From Verrucomicrobiota bacterium (lineage in GTDB: Bacteria; Verrucomicrobiota; Verrucomicrobiia; Limisphaerales; AAA164-E04): a stretch of DNA of 64,000 nucleotides. Positions 1-10,826 of the stretch are shown here, in pieces; position 1 is the stretch's first letter; every line of letters starts with the position of its first letter. The translations under genes were made by a program, and so were the position numbers. The notes beneath the pieces were generated by a model. The model was given only the letters and a program-made list of their open reading frames with translations. It was not told the DNA's origin and searched no databases. The stretch is from positions 2,784,001 to 2,848,000 of the forward strand of contig CP170459.1 in NCBI GenBank assembly GCA_047947115.1, in the 5' to 3' direction.

Positions 1-1596
1 TCGATGAATCTCGGTCCAGGATTCAGGAAATGCTCCGGCTCCTATGGAAAGAACGTATTCGCGAAACCTTTCCCCATCTGCCGAACCTTGAATATCGAGG
101 ATGCCACCCAGCTTTTCTGGTAACTTTAAGTCGGCACGCGGGAGTCGTTCGATGGTTTGCTGGGCTTTGAACACGTTGAGACGGCCCGAGCCGATGTATT
201 TATCGGGTTGGATGGGGTCGACGGCATTGAGCAGCATGCGGGTTAGGTCTGTGGAACTCCAGTCAGGGTGACGGGCCAGGACCAGGACGGCGGCCCCCGT
301 TACGTGAGGCGCCGCCATGGAAGTGCCGCTGAGAAAACCAAAACGATTGTCGGGCATGGTTGAGAAAATGGTCTGTCCGGGTGCGGCCAGGTCAATGAAG
401 AGGCCAAAGTTGGAGAAGCGCGTGCGTTGATCGTTTCTATCCGTGGCTCCCACACCAATTGTATGATCAAACGCCGCAGGGTAGAACAGCTGATCACTCT
501 GGCGGTTGCCTCCGGCTGCGACAAAGAGAACGTCTGCCTCCGCTGCTTCTTCAACCAATGTGCGCATGATCTCGCTGCGGACATCCACTCCCCAACTGGC
601 ATTGATGATCCGGGCACCATGGTCGATCGCATAACGCACTCCCCGCGCAACGGTGGCCACATCGGCAGTGCCGCGAACACCAAATGTTTTGATGGCCATC
701 ATGCTCACTTGCTGGGTGACGCCGGTCGAGCCTTGTCGATTGTTGGTGACCGCTCCAACGATTCCTGCGACATGTGTGCCATGTGATTGATCGTCGAACG
801 GATCTCCGTCGTCCGACACAAAGTCATATCCGTGGACATCGTCAATATAGCCGTTGTTGTCGTCGTCCAACCCGTTTCCCGGAATCTCATTGGCATTGAT
901 CCATACGTTTTCCCGCACGTCGGGATGGAAAAAGTCGATGCCGGTATCCACCACGGCCACGACCACTTCCTTGCTTCCGGTGCCCAGCTCCCATGCTTCC
1001 GGGAGGTCGATGTCGGCGTCGATGGTTCCCTCAAACTGGCCGGTGTTGTTCAATCCCCATGAGCGGTCGAAATAAAAATCATTTGGAAGCTCAATGTCGC
1101 TCGGGGATTGATCTAGATCCACACGGAAGTTGGGTTCCACATGCAGCACGTTCGGATCGAGTCGCAATTGACGGATGATGTGGTTGAGCCGGGTGTTTTG
1201 AGGCAACGAGACCACGATCCAGTGATCCAGATCGGGCTTGGTGTCCCGGTAGGTGCCGCGCGGTTGGATTCTTTTGCGTTCGTTGGAAATGAGTGGTTCC
1301 CAGGACCAGCCCGGGGTTGGCTCCAAACGAGCTTGGGCCCAGGTGCGGGAAGAGTCTTTGAGGCAGACCAGTAATTCATCAGGCCTCACCTTCACCTTCC
1401 GGACTTTATCCCATTCTTTGATCTCGAAATCATTCCATGCGGTCTCGGCAGCCATAGCCGAAGACAAGTTGCTGAAGAGTTGCCAACAAACTACGACAGC
1501 CAGCCACCAGCGTGTTGGGACGCGGTTGACTCGACCGCTGACACTGCAGGTGCCATGCAGGCTGTCTGATACGATGTTTTGACTCAGTTTTCTCAC
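1..1596 (-). CDS. Secreted subtilisin-like S8 serine protease, N-terminal part (runs off the left edge; start codon uncertain)
   Basis: Not in the ORF track because it has no stop in the window. Manual minus-strand translation gives the catalytic triad motifs VAVVDTGID (~945), SHGTHVAG (~780) and SGTSMAAPHV (~315) in one frame. A hydrophobic signal-like stretch lies near 1450-1510, there is a GTG at 1596 and an upstream in-frame stop at 1651-1653. Confidence 0.9.
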   Translation of the reverse strand, partial: MRKLSQNIVSDSLHGTCSVSGRVNRVPTRWWLAVVVCWQLFSNLSSAMAAETAWNDFEIKEWDKVRKVKVRPDELLVCLKDSSRTWAQARLEPTPGWSWEPLISNERKRIQPRGTYRDTKPDLDHWIVVSLPQNTRLNHIIRQLRLDPNVLHVEPNFRVDLDQSPSDIELPNDFYFDRSWGLNNTGQFEGTIDADIDLPEAWELGTGSKEVVVAVVDTGIDFFHPDVRENVWINANEIPGNGLDDDNNGYIDDVHGYDFVSDDGDPFDDQSHGTHVAGIVGAVTNNRQGSTGVTQQVSMMAIKTFGVRGTADVATVARGVRYAIDHGARIINASWGVDVRSEIMRTLVEEAAEADVLFVAAGGNRQSDQLFYPAAFDHTIGVGATDRNDQRTRFSNFGLFIDLAAPGQTIFSTMPDNRFGFLSGTSMAAPHVTGAAVLVLARHPDWSSTDLTRMLLNAVDPIQPDKYIGSGRLNVFKAQQTIERLPRADLKLPEKLGGILDIQGSADGERFREYVLSIGAGAFPESWTEIHR

Positions 1597-1776
1597 CTCA
1601 CTTTTCCATGCAGGATTCGTTCCATTCCGGAGCCAGGGATCCAGGAGACCTTACCTTTCTTCTTGGAGGAATCCAGACGGATTTTATTTCTTTGAGATTG
1701 ACCAATCAGGGGAGGGGGGGGTTCATTAGGAGACGGCAGGCACCTCCGAGGGCTTGTCGGGCATTTTTTACAAACT

Positions 1777-2169
1777 ATGGACTTTGTTAAGAATCTTAAA
1801 TTCAACAGCGACGGCTTGATCCCGGCGATTGTTCAGGACGCCACCAACGGTCGTGTGCTGATGATGGCCTGGATGAATGAAGCCGCGCTGGAAAAAACCG
1901 TGCAAACCGGCAAGACCCACTTCTGGAGTCGTTCCCGCCAGAAGTTTTGGATGAAAGGCGAGTCCAGCGGCCACACGCAAAGCGTCAAGGACATTGCCTA
2001 TGATTGCGACGGAGACACCCTGCTGGTGCAGGTGGAACAGGAAGGTGCCGCCTGCCATGAAGGCTACCGCTCCTGCTTCTTCACATCCATCGCCGACGAA
2101 GGCTCTGCCACCAAAATCACCGAGCCCATGCTCAAATCTCCTGAAGAGATTTACGGTAAGGGTAAGTAG
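1777..2169 (+). CDS. hisI: Phosphoribosyl-AMP cyclohydrolase
   Basis: [30 protein letters not shown] and [10 protein letters not shown] motifs. Confidence 0.97.
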   Translation: MDFVKNLKFNSDGLIPAIVQDATNGRVLMMAWMNEAALEKTVQTGKTHFWSRSRQKFWMKGESSGHTQSVKDIAYDCDGDTLLVQVEQEGAACHEGYRSCFFTSIADEGSATKITEPMLKSPEEIYGKGK

Positions 2170-2182
2170 ATTGGGCCCTATC

Positions 2183-3223
2183 CTATAACCGGCGCAGTCC
2201 GTCCTCTGGCATGGCGTTGGGGATATCGACTTCGATCTGATCCAGCTTGGCCATGGTTTCCTGGTCAAGATCAACGTTCCCTGCCGCTAAGGTGGTTTCC
2301 AGCTGGCCGACATGGGAAGCGCCAATGATGGTGGATGCCACGTAGTCGTGGTTCTTGCTCCAGGCGGTTGCCAAGGTGACGGGATGCATGCCGATTTCTT
2401 CGGCGATGGCTTCCATTCGTTCGACCACTGCCAAGGTGCGGTTGTTGACGAATCGTCGGGCCATGTTTTTCTGACGTTCCTTGCCGTGCAGCAGGTAGTG
2501 CGAGAAGCGCGCGCCTTCAGGGAATTGCCCGCCGTTGTATTTTCCGCAAAGAACGCCACCTCCCAGTGGTGAATAGGGAACCAGGCTGACGTTTTCCTGA
2601 CGGCAAACTTGTGCGAGTTCGCTTTCGCAACGGCGGTTGATCAGGCTGAAATTGTTTTGAACCGTGTCAATGCGGTCCAGTCCCGTTACATCCGAAGTCC
2701 AAAGACTCTTCATCACTCCCCAGCAGGTTTCATTGCTGCACCCGATGACGCGGATCTTACCTTGCTGCTTGAGTTCGGTCATGGCTGCAAGCGTCTCCTC
2801 ATGGCGCATGCCATGGTCCGGCCAGTGGGTTTGGTAGAGGTCGATGTAATCCGTTTGCAAACGTTGCAGGCTGCCTTCGACCGCCCGGATGATCTGATGC
2901 CGGTCCAGGCAGGTCATGCCATGCCGGACGGGGGGGACAAACCAGCCGTGTCCTGCCCCGGTGATTTTGGTTGCCAGGATGATGGAATCCCGTGGTTTTG
3001 TTTTGAGCCAGCGTCCGACAAATTCTTCGGTTACACCATACGTTTCGGCTCGGGGAGGCACCGGATACATTTCGGCCGCATCAAAGAAGTTGACCCCTTT
3101 TTCGTAGGCCACGTCCATGATCCGATGTGACATCGGTTCGTCGGTCTGATCTCCAAAGGTCATGGTGCCCATGCATATCTCGGACACCACCAATCCGCTT
3201 TTCCCTAGTCTGCGTTTCCTCAT
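2183..3223 (-). CDS. Aldo/keto reductase (Tas-like)
   Basis: LGKSGLVVSEICMGTMTFG, FFDAAEMYP, SLQRLQTDYIDLYQTHWP and YSPLGGG motifs. Confidence 0.93.
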   Translation of the reverse strand: MRKRRLGKSGLVVSEICMGTMTFGDQTDEPMSHRIMDVAYEKGVNFFDAAEMYPVPPRAETYGVTEEFVGRWLKTKPRDSIILATKITGAGHGWFVPPVRHGMTCLDRHQIIRAVEGSLQRLQTDYIDLYQTHWPDHGMRHEETLAAMTELKQQGKIRVIGCSNETCWGVMKSLWTSDVTGLDRIDTVQNNFSLINRRCESELAQVCRQENVSLVPYSPLGGGVLCGKYNGGQFPEGARFSHYLLHGKERQKNMARRFVNNRTLAVVERMEAIAEEIGMHPVTLATAWSKNHDYVASTIIGASHVGQLETTLAAGNVDLDQETMAKLDQIEVDIPNAMPEDGLRRL

Positions 3224-3241
3224 CCTGGCTGTGTTTTCCGT

Positions 3242-3823
3242 CTATTCCGCCTTGAGCGCCTTGTCGATGGCTGCTTTGAGGTCGGCATCTTCAGGTTTTA
3301 CCTTGGATGGGTAGTGACCGATGACATTCCCTTTCTTGTCGATCAGAAATTTCTCAAAATTCCAGCGAACCTGGCCACCGTGATCCGGGTGGTTGGTGAG
3401 GTATTTGTAGAGAGGAGCTTGTTTGTCTCCTTTGACGTCGATTTTCCCCATCAAGGGAAAGGTGACCCCGTAGTTTTCCTTGCAGAAGCTCTGGATTTCC
3501 AGGTGAGTGCCGGGTTCCTGTGCTCCGAAGTTGTTGCATGGAAATCCGATGATTGAGAATCCCTTGTCCTTATATTCGGAGTAGAGTTTTTGAAGGCCTT
3601 CGTATTGGGGGGTGTAACCGCATTTGCTAGCCACATTGACCATCAAAAGCACCTTGCCCTTGTATTGGCTCAGGTCGGTTTCCTGGTCCTGAATATTCTT
3701 CATTTTGAAACTCAGGGCGTTTGATTCATTGTGATGATCTGCTTTCATGTGGGTGGTTGCGATGGCTCCCAAAGCGAGAAAAGCCATCAGCCAGCGGCTG
3801 ATTGAATGTTGCATGTTTTTCAT
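3242..3823 (-). CDS. Glutathione peroxidase family protein (Cys type) with N-terminal signal peptide
   Basis: NVASKCGYTPQY, GFPCNNFGAQEPG and WNFEKFLID motifs; hydrophobic N-terminus. Confidence 0.95.
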   Translation of the reverse strand: MKNMQHSISRWLMAFLALGAIATTHMKADHHNESNALSFKMKNIQDQETDLSQYKGKVLLMVNVASKCGYTPQYEGLQKLYSEYKDKGFSIIGFPCNNFGAQEPGTHLEIQSFCKENYGVTFPLMGKIDVKGDKQAPLYKYLTNHPDHGGQVRWNFEKFLIDKKGNVIGHYPSKVKPEDADLKAAIDKALKAE

Positions 3824-3908
3824 AGTTTTCTGAACTGAGGTAATGTTTCAGTCTTTGCGGCAAATGCAACTGGTTTTTCTTCGACGCTGCATTTTTCCAG
3901 TGCTTGAC

Positions 3909-5255
3909 TCAGGAGGCGGATTCTTCCTGGATATAGGTCTGCTCCTCGTAAAATCGTGCGTAGATGCAATACAGCACAGCTGCTACGAGCATCAAGCCGG
4001 CGAAGAACAGGTGATATTGTACCCCTTCCAGTTTTGTGGTGCCGTCTTCATTTTGAATGAACCGATTGACCAGGGCAGTCACTTGATTGCCCAGCGATAT
4101 GGACAGCAAATAAAACGACATAATCATCGATTTCATGGCGTTCGGCGATTGGGTATAGGAGAATTCCAACCCGGTTTGATAGATCATAACCTCGGCGGCG
4201 GTCAGGAAGCCATAGGCCAGCAGTTGCCACGCGATGGTTGGGGATTGGCCAGCTTGAATCATACTTTCGATCCAGGCGATGATCAGGACAGCGGGAAGGG
4301 TCATGAACATGCCTATCCCTATTTTCCGAAGTGGATTTAGTTTGTAGAACTTATTGACCGTTGGGTAGATCACATAGGTGAACAATGGAATGTAAATGAG
4401 CACCAGAATGGGGTTGATAGCCTGAATCTGACTGGGAAGCCATTCGACTCCCATCCAGTTCAAATTCATTTCCCTGGCTTGCAGCACCCAGGCGGAACCG
4501 TTCTGTTCATAAACCGCCCAGAAGACGGCGATAAACAAATAGATGCTGAACAGTTTGGCGATTGCCTTGAATCCATCGCCGCTGAAGGCCTCTTTGATGA
4601 ACGTTTTGCCTCCGGGCGGGATATGAATGAATTGTTTTCTTCCCAGCCAGAATACCCAGGTCGCAAGGAGCATCAGGATACCCGGGATGGCAAACGCCCA
4701 GTGTGCTCCATATTTGGCGAGCAGGATGGGTGTCAGAAGAGTGGAGATGAACGCTCCAAAGTTGATTGACCAATAGAACCAGCCGAACACTTTGCCGAGC
4801 AAGTGCTTGTTGGAAGATCCGAATTGATCACCCACGTGGGCTGTCACACAAGGTTTAATGCCCCCGGCTCCAAGCGCGATCAAGCCCAGCCCTATGGTCA
4901 GTCCCGTCCTGGTTTCATCCAGAGCGAGAGCCAGATGCCCCAGGCAGTAGACGATGGAAAGCGCGATGATGGTTCGGTATTTTCCAAGGAAGGCATCAGA
5001 GAGAATAGCCCCCAGCACCGGGAAAAAGTAGGCCCACGACATGAAATTGTGATACCATACTTTCGCTTGTTCATCCGTCATGACGTCCAATTCGCCATTG
5101 GCATTCTTCAGATACTGCGTCATGAAAATGACGAGAATCGTGCGCATGCCGTAGTAGCTGAACCGCTCGGCGGCTTCGTTCCCTACGATGTATGGAATGC
5201 CTGACGGCATGCCCGTGGATTTACGCGGAGCAGTGAGGTAGGACGGTTTGGCCAT
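3909..5255 (-). CDS. POT/PTR2 family proton-dependent oligopeptide MFS transporter
   Basis: ExxERFSYYGMR signature, GAGGIKP motif, multiple TM helices. Confidence 0.95.
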   Translation of the reverse strand: MAKPSYLTAPRKSTGMPSGIPYIVGNEAAERFSYYGMRTILVIFMTQYLKNANGELDVMTDEQAKVWYHNFMSWAYFFPVLGAILSDAFLGKYRTIIALSIVYCLGHLALALDETRTGLTIGLGLIALGAGGIKPCVTAHVGDQFGSSNKHLLGKVFGWFYWSINFGAFISTLLTPILLAKYGAHWAFAIPGILMLLATWVFWLGRKQFIHIPPGGKTFIKEAFSGDGFKAIAKLFSIYLFIAVFWAVYEQNGSAWVLQAREMNLNWMGVEWLPSQIQAINPILVLIYIPLFTYVIYPTVNKFYKLNPLRKIGIGMFMTLPAVLIIAWIESMIQAGQSPTIAWQLLAYGFLTAAEVMIYQTGLEFSYTQSPNAMKSMIMSFYLLSISLGNQVTALVNRFIQNEDGTTKLEGVQYHLFFAGLMLVAAVLYCIYARFYEEQTYIQEESAS

Positions 5256-5321
5256 GGTGGGATCGAATGATCAGTCGGTGACGTTTTCGGTTTTGCCTGT
5301 CAGCATGGGGCAGGTGATGGA

Positions 5322-5729
5322 CTAATCCTGTTTGTTCCAAAAGTCTACCACGAACACGTCGTCCAGCAAAGGTCCGACCAGTTTGCCAAATTCCTTATGA
5401 TGAGGGTGTACCAGGTAGTCGTCCCGATCCTGGCCCGAGTGAAACGTCAGCACGAACCCGTGGGTGAACCCTTTGTTCAATCCCTCCGGACTGTTGTTGG
5501 TGCCCCACTCGTACGAAACGATCTGGGGAATTTTTTTCTGTAGAGCGGCAAATGCCTTTTCCACTTTTTGAATGTCTTCCTTGGAAGCGGTGTCCTTGAA
5601 CTTAAAGGAGACCATGTGAACCAGATTGCCTCGTTTTGAGGCTTTCTCCGCAGCTTCTGTGATGTTTGAAAGGCTCATCATTCCCAATAATGCAATAGTG
5701 AATACAATAAAAAACGATTTCATTTTCAT
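5322..5729 (-). CDS. Dabb family (stress-responsive A/B barrel) protein with signal peptide
   Basis: HMVSFKFK, WGTNNSPEG-GFTHGFVLTF and YLVHPHH motifs. Confidence 0.9.
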   Translation of the reverse strand: MKMKSFFIVFTIALLGMMSLSNITEAAEKASKRGNLVHMVSFKFKDTASKEDIQKVEKAFAALQKKIPQIVSYEWGTNNSPEGLNKGFTHGFVLTFHSGQDRDDYLVHPHHKEFGKLVGPLLDDVFVVDFWNKQD

Positions 5730-5850
5730 GATTAGAACTAGGGTTTTGGTAACTGGTTCGGCAAACTAACAGTCCAGCACACACCCGGCAAGCGAGAAAG
5801 CCCGCCTTGCTCATGCAACGGGCCCATGGACCGATTGCCAGGATGACATT

Positions 5851-5880
5851 AAAAAAGCGGCAACAAGTGTTGCCGCTTTT
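5851..5880 (-). terminator. Rho-independent terminator after atpG
   Basis: AAAAGCGGCAAC-AAGT-GTTGCCGCTTTT hairpin, 6-U tail on the minus strand, 26 bp past the atpG stop. Confidence 0.88.
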
Positions 5881-5906
5881 GAGTGTTCAAATGGTCTTGC
5901 TACGGT

Positions 5907-6785
5907 TTAACCCAGAGCCATGGCTGCGGAAGTAATTTCGAGCAGCTCGTTGGTGATCATGGCTTGACGCAGTTTGTTATATTCAAGCGTCAGATCCTTG
6001 ATCAATTGTTTGGCATTGTCGGTTGCATTCTTCATGGCAACCATTCGGGCGCTGTGTTCGCTCGCCTTGGATTCCAGAAGGATTTGATACATCTGGAAGT
6101 TCAGGTAGTGAGGCAACAGGTTTCCGAATACGTCCTTGGCATTGGGCTCAAACAAAAACTCAACATTCGCTTTTTCCAATTCCTTTTGGCTGGACTCACC
6201 TTCAATACCGGCCTCGATTCCCTTGATCTCGCTTATCGGTAGAAAAGTGCGCAGTTCGGGGTGTTGATTCAATGTGCTAACGAAGTTGGTGAACAGGATG
6301 TCCACCCCGCTGACCTCGCCCTTCATGAACATCTCCTGGGCCATCTTTGAAATGGCACGTGCTTCGGCAAATGCCGGAGCATCTTTGTAGCTGAACTCGG
6401 CTGCCAGATCCCGCTTGGTGCGCGCCAGAAACTGGGCCGCCTTGCGTCCTGCGGAGATGAAGACCGTGTTGTCCTTGTCGATCTTGGTCGCTTCGCGAAA
6501 CAGGTTTGAATTCAGTGCACCGCACAGTCCTTTGTCGGAACTCACCACGATGACGGCACGTTTTTTGCCGGATCCAGCCTCCAACAGGGGATGGCTGAAA
6601 TCACCAGCGCCGGAGGACACTTCTGCCAGGACCTGGTTCATCAGGTTTGCATATGGACGTCCCGCCAGGGCAGCTTGCTGGGCGCGGCGCATTTTGGATG
6701 CCGCGACCATTTGCATGGCCTTGGTGATCTGGGAGGTGTTCTTGACGGACTTGATCCGTCGTCGAATGTCGCGTGTGCTGGGCAT
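5907..6785 (-). CDS. atpG: F1 ATP synthase gamma subunit
   Basis: IRRRIKSVKNTSQITKAMQMVAASK, DKGLCG, SEHSARMVAMKNATDNA and RQAMITNELLEI motifs. Confidence 0.98.
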   Translation of the reverse strand: MPSTRDIRRRIKSVKNTSQITKAMQMVAASKMRRAQQAALAGRPYANLMNQVLAEVSSGAGDFSHPLLEAGSGKKRAVIVVSSDKGLCGALNSNLFREATKIDKDNTVFISAGRKAAQFLARTKRDLAAEFSYKDAPAFAEARAISKMAQEMFMKGEVSGVDILFTNFVSTLNQHPELRTFLPISEIKGIEAGIEGESSQKELEKANVEFLFEPNAKDVFGNLLPHYLNFQMYQILLESKASEHSARMVAMKNATDNAKQLIKDLTLEYNKLRQAMITNELLEITSAAMALG

Positions 6786-6809
6786 GGTAAATCCTGCTTA
6801 AAACCGAGA

Positions 6810-8342
6810 TTATTGGTATGTTCCGGAGAACTCTTCAACCGCCGCCTTAAGATTGGCTGACAGCTCGTCCGAAAGGGCCTTTTCGGCAACAATGCGCTTG
6901 AGCAGGTCTTCCTTGCGGGTGGTCAGATAGTCCGTGAGTTTTTCCTGGAAGTCTTTGACCTTCTCGACGGGCACCTTGTCGAAGTGTCCGTTTTGGACCG
7001 CCCAAAGAACGGCCACCTGCACTTCAACGGGTTGTGGGTTGTATTGAGGCTGTTTGAAGACTTCCACAATGCGTTTTCCACGTTCCAGCTGAGCTTGGGT
7101 TTTTGCATCCAGATCAGAACCAAACTGGGCAAAAGCGGCCAGTTCACGGAATTGGGCCAGTTCCAGTTTGATACGGCCGGAAACCTGTTTCATGGCCTTG
7201 ATTTGAGCGGCCGAACCCACGCGTGACACCGATAGACCCACCGAAATAGCGGGGCGGATGCCCTGATAGAACAAGTCTGTTTCCAGATAAATCTGACCGT
7301 CGGTGATCGAAATCACATTGGTGGGAATGTAAGCGGATACGTCGCCTGCCTGGGTCTCAATGATCGGCAGCGCTGTCAGTGATCCGTTCCCGTAGTTTTC
7401 GTTCACACGAGCCGAACGCTCCAGTAGGCGGCTGTGCAGGTAGAAAACGTCACCAGGATAAGCTTCACGACCCGAAGGGCGTTTCAGAACGAGGGATACC
7501 TGACGGTAGGCAACGGCGTGCTTGGATAAATCATCATAAATGATCAAAGCATCCATGGCGTTGTCCATGAACCACTCACCCATGGCACATCCGGAGAACG
7601 GCACTAGGTATTGGTTGGTTGCCGAATCTGATGCAGATGCCGCCACAACGATGGTGTAGGGCAAAGCGCCTTCTTGTTCGAGTGTGTTGATGACCTGGGC
7701 GATGTTGGATTGCTTTTGACCAACTGCTACATAAATACAATAGAGAGGACGGTAGTCCTTGTCCCCGGCCTCTTCGGCAGCTTTGTTCTGGCGTGCCTGG
7801 GCGATGATGGTGTCGATACCGATCGTTGTTTTACCAGTGGAACGGTCCCCGATGATCAACTCACGCTGACCTCGTCCGATCGGAATCATCGCATCCACGG
7901 CCATGATACCCGTCTGCACAGGTTGGGTCACCGCCTTACGTGTCACGATACCTGGAGCGATCTTTTCAACAGGGTAGTAAACGTCACTGTCGATGGGGCC
8001 TTTGCCGTCCAGTGGTTGTCCCAAGGCATTGACCACACGTCCAAGCAAGCCCTTACCGACGGGGACCTGCAGGAGTTTGCCGGTGGTTTTGACTTCGGCG
8101 CCTTCTTTGATCTGGGTGTATTCACCGAGGATGATGGCGCCGACCTCGGTTTCTTCGAGGTTCAACGCAAGACCGGTGATACCGTTGCCAAAGTCAAGCA
8201 TCTCGTTGAGCATGCAATCGGTCAGGCCTTCGATTTTGGCCACACCGTCACTGATTTCACGTACGACGCCGACATTTTCCTTGGCGACGCTTTGCTTGGC
8301 GCCTGAGATTTGGGCTTCAATTTCCTGTACTAAGTTGCTCAT
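6810..8342 (-). CDS. atpA: F1 ATP synthase alpha subunit
   Basis: [17 protein letters not shown]alker [20 protein letters not shown] and [13 protein letters not shown] motifs. Confidence 0.99.
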   Translation of the reverse strand: MSNLVQEIEAQISGAKQSVAKENVGVVREISDGVAKIEGLTDCMLNEMLDFGNGITGLALNLEETEVGAIILGEYTQIKEGAEVKTTGKLLQVPVGKGLLGRVVNALGQPLDGKGPIDSDVYYPVEKIAPGIVTRKAVTQPVQTGIMAVDAMIPIGRGQRELIIGDRSTGKTTIGIDTIIAQARQNKAAEEAGDKDYRPLYCIYVAVGQKQSNIAQVINTLEQEGALPYTIVVAASASDSATNQYLVPFSGCAMGEWFMDNAMDALIIYDDLSKHAVAYRQVSLVLKRPSGREAYPGDVFYLHSRLLERSARVNENYGNGSLTALPIIETQAGDVSAYIPTNVISITDGQIYLETDLFYQGIRPAISVGLSVSRVGSAAQIKAMKQVSGRIKLELAQFRELAAFAQFGSDLDAKTQAQLERGKRIVEVFKQPQYNPQPVEVQVAVLWAVQNGHFDKVPVEKVKDFQEKLTDYLTTRKEDLLKRIVAEKALSDELSANLKAAVEEFSGTYQ

Positions 8343-8405
8343 AGGGTTTTAGAAAAGATCGATATTTAAAATGGTTATTGGGTCAACAGTGGTTCGGTAT
8401 TTGGG

Positions 8406-8807
8406 TCAGGATGCGCTGAAAGAATCTCCCAGGCGTGCGAGCCGGCTCCGGATGCTTCCGTCGTAAACATCGCTGCCTACTTGAACACGGAGACCGCCAA
8501 TCAGGTCGGGGTTGACGTTGAAACTCACTTCCAAAGCGTTTCCGTATTTGGCGGAAAGCTGCTGCTGAATGGATTGCTTGGCGCTTTCGTCCAGTGCCGT
8601 CGCGGACTCTACCCGTGCCGTGCGGTTTTGGATGTCGGTTTTGACCAAGCGCAAGAAGTGGTTGAGAATACCGATATAACCCCGGGGTTTACCTTTGACC
8701 ACGGCATTGACCGCCTGTTTCACACGGTCTTCCTGCAGCAGGCCGTCTTGCAGGCATGCTCTGAAGAGCGTCTTTGCATCGCGGCGCGCTTGTTTCGAGA
8801 TCTTCAT
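8406..8807 (-). CDS. atpH: F1 ATP synthase delta subunit (short form)
   Basis: C-terminal VNPDLIGGLRVQVGSDVYDGSIRSRL; lies between atpF and atpA. Confidence 0.93.
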   Translation of the reverse strand: MKISKQARRDAKTLFRACLQDGLLQEDRVKQAVNAVVKGKPRGYIGILNHFLRLVKTDIQNRTARVESATALDESAKQSIQQQLSAKYGNALEVSFNVNPDLIGGLRVQVGSDVYDGSIRSRLARLGDSFSAS

Positions 8808-8846
8808 GCGATGAGTAGGGAATTGTTAACTATCATTGACTCGGGT

Positions 8847-9428
8847 TCAGGCGGCGATTTGTTTGTTGGCTTCCTCGACCAAACGTTTTTGATCTTCGTC
8901 GGTCAGGATCTTGCCGGCCACCATGGCAGTTGTTTGGACCACCATCCTGCCGACCTCGCTTTTCAGTTCGGCCAACATGCGTTCGTGATCAGCCTGGGCT
9001 GCTTCGCGGGCCTTGGCAATGATCTGTTCGGCCTGGCTGATGGCTTTCTGTGTTTCCTGGTCTTTTACTTTGGCCGCAGCGGAGCGCGCTTCTTCGATCA
9101 ATTGGTTTGCCTGGGTGTTGGCTTTTTCCATGATCTGCTTGCGGGCTGCTTCCGCTTCCGCGAGTTCGGTTTTGATTTTTTCGGCGTTTGCAAGGCTCTC
9201 CTCGATGCGCTTGTGGCGATCTTCCAGGAGTTGAAGGATTGGTTTGTAGGCAAACTTATTGAGTGCAAAAACCACTATGGCAAACACGATCACCTGAGAG
9301 ATGAATAAATTGCCATGCCAACCAAATTGACGTGTGATTTCCCCAAGGGGTCCTTCTTCTGCGGCGGCCGCCGCCAACATGTAGTACGGTGTCATAAAAT
9401 TTAAATTCAGCAACAATTCGCTATTCAT
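8847..9428 (-). CDS. atpF: F0 ATP synthase subunit b (start may be a downstream ATG)
   Basis: Single TM helix followed by KFAYKPILQLLEDR and a long charged coiled coil; operon position. Confidence 0.95.
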   Translation of the reverse strand: MNSELLLNLNFMTPYYMLAAAAAEEGPLGEITRQFGWHGNLFISQVIVFAIVVFALNKFAYKPILQLLEDRHKRIEESLANAEKIKTELAEAEAARKQIMEKANTQANQLIEEARSAAAKVKDQETQKAISQAEQIIAKAREAAQADHERMLAELKSEVGRMVVQTTAMVAGKILTDEDQKRLVEEANKQIAA

Positions 9429-9470
9429 AATCCCGGCTTGACCTGAGTCAAACCGGGCAAGCTTTTATCC

Positions 9471-9686
9471 TTACTTGGCAAGGAAGATGGCGAAGAAGGT
9501 AATCCCTTCAGCCAATGCAGCCAGAATGATGGAAATAACCATGATCTGGGTGGAAGCACCGGGGTTACGTCCGGTGGCATCTGCAGCTTTTGCACCAATG
9601 AATCCCACGCCAAGGGCGGATCCGAGTGCGGCGATACCGACGTGAATGCTGCCGGATATTTCAGCCAAGAATGGCAATAATGACAT
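9471..9686 (-). CDS. atpE: F0 ATP synthase subunit c (probably H+-coupled)
   Basis: Hairpin with RNP loop and conserved Glu in ALAEGIT; lacks the Gln and E-S/T Na+-binding signature. Confidence 0.96.
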   Translation of the reverse strand: MSLLPFLAEISGSIHVGIAALGSALGVGFIGAKAADATGRNPGASTQIMVISIILAALAEGITFFAIFLAK

Positions 9687-9784
9687 GTTGCTGTCCTTTC
9701 TCTTCGTTTATGTTTGATGTTGTTCTGACAACCGTCGCTGTCTTGCTACGAACCGATTGCCAAATTCTTTGTCCATGGAAGCAC

Positions 9785-10747
9785 TTAGTGAGCGCTGCCG
9801 TGATCTTCGTCATGGTGCTGGCAGATCAACAGGGTGAACACTGCCGTTAAGAGCATGAATACCAGTGCCTGCACGAATCCGACCAGAAGCTCCAGGAAGT
9901 AAAAGGGGATGGGAATCAACCACCCCAGGCTTGGAACGATCATTAGCATGGATTCCAGGATGTTTTCACCGGCAAACACGTTGCCGTAGAGACGAAAGCT
10001 GAGTGCAACCGGGCGGAAAATAATGGAGACCACTTCCAGAATGCCGACTGCAAAGAAGATCAGAATCATGAAGATCTTCATGAATCCGGATCCTCCACCC
10101 TTGTTACCGAAAATATGATTGAAGAAACCTCCGATCCCATTGGCTTTAATGGCCCAGACGGTCCAGAGAAAGAAGAAAGCAAGCGCCATGGCTGTGGTCA
10201 TGTTCAAATCGGCCTGGCCGCCGCGCAACCATGGTTCGAAATGCCCATCCGAAGTCTCCCATCCGACGGTTCCCACACCTGGGATCAAACCGAACCAGTT
10301 GGTGGCCAGAATGAATATAAAGAGGGAAGCGAAAAACCAGAATGTCTGCTTGACCAGATCGCGTCCCATGATGCCTTCCAGGAATCCAAACAAGGTTTCC
10401 ACGATCCATTCGAAGAAATTCTGAGCTCCGGTGGGGACTTCCTTGATATTCTTTGTTGCCATTTGGGCGAGGAAAATCAGCAGAGCGGCCACGATGATGG
10501 TGGCGACCATCGAATTGGTGATCTGGAGAGGGCCCAAGTTGAAAACCGGCACGGCAGCAGGAGGAAGGCCGTGGTGTTCGCCTTCGGCATGTTCTTCTCC
10601 GTGAGCAGCTTCGCTTCCCTTCAGGGCTTCGATGGCATGCTCCGCAGCGTCTTCCGCTGTAGCATGACCAGTGTCGGCAGCCTGCATTGTGAAAGGAAAC
10701 AATGCCAAACAGATCCAAAGAGTTGCAAGTTTGCTCAAAAATTTCAT
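9785..10747 (-). CDS. atpB: F0 ATP synthase subunit a with signal-peptide-like, His/Glu-rich N-terminal extension
   Basis: RPVALSFRLYGNVFAGE and ELLVGFVQALVFMLL motifs. Confidence 0.97.
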   Translation of the reverse strand: MKFLSKLATLWICLALFPFTMQAADTGHATAEDAAEHAIEALKGSEAAHGEEHAEGEHHGLPPAAVPVFNLGPLQITNSMVATIIVAALLIFLAQMATKNIKEVPTGAQNFFEWIVETLFGFLEGIMGRDLVKQTFWFFASLFIFILATNWFGLIPGVGTVGWETSDGHFEPWLRGGQADLNMTTAMALAFFFLWTVWAIKANGIGGFFNHIFGNKGGGSGFMKIFMILIFFAVGILEVVSIIFRPVALSFRLYGNVFAGENILESMLMIVPSLGWLIPIPFYFLELLVGFVQALVFMLLTAVFTLLICQHHDEDHGSAH

Positions 10748-10826
10748 GAAATCGACCGATGCAATGGTTTTGTCACGTGATTCACCGCTGTGCGAATCAC
10801 TGAAAAATCGGCCCCGAGCCTATATA

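Noticed and set aside
3242..3823. Selenoprotein glutathione peroxidase
   Set aside because: The active-site codon is TGC (Cys) in an uninterrupted frame.
5907..10747. Na+-translocating N-ATPase
   Set aside because: There is no atpD/atpC/atpQ/atpR upstream, a separate delta subunit is present, and subunit c lacks the Na+ ligands.
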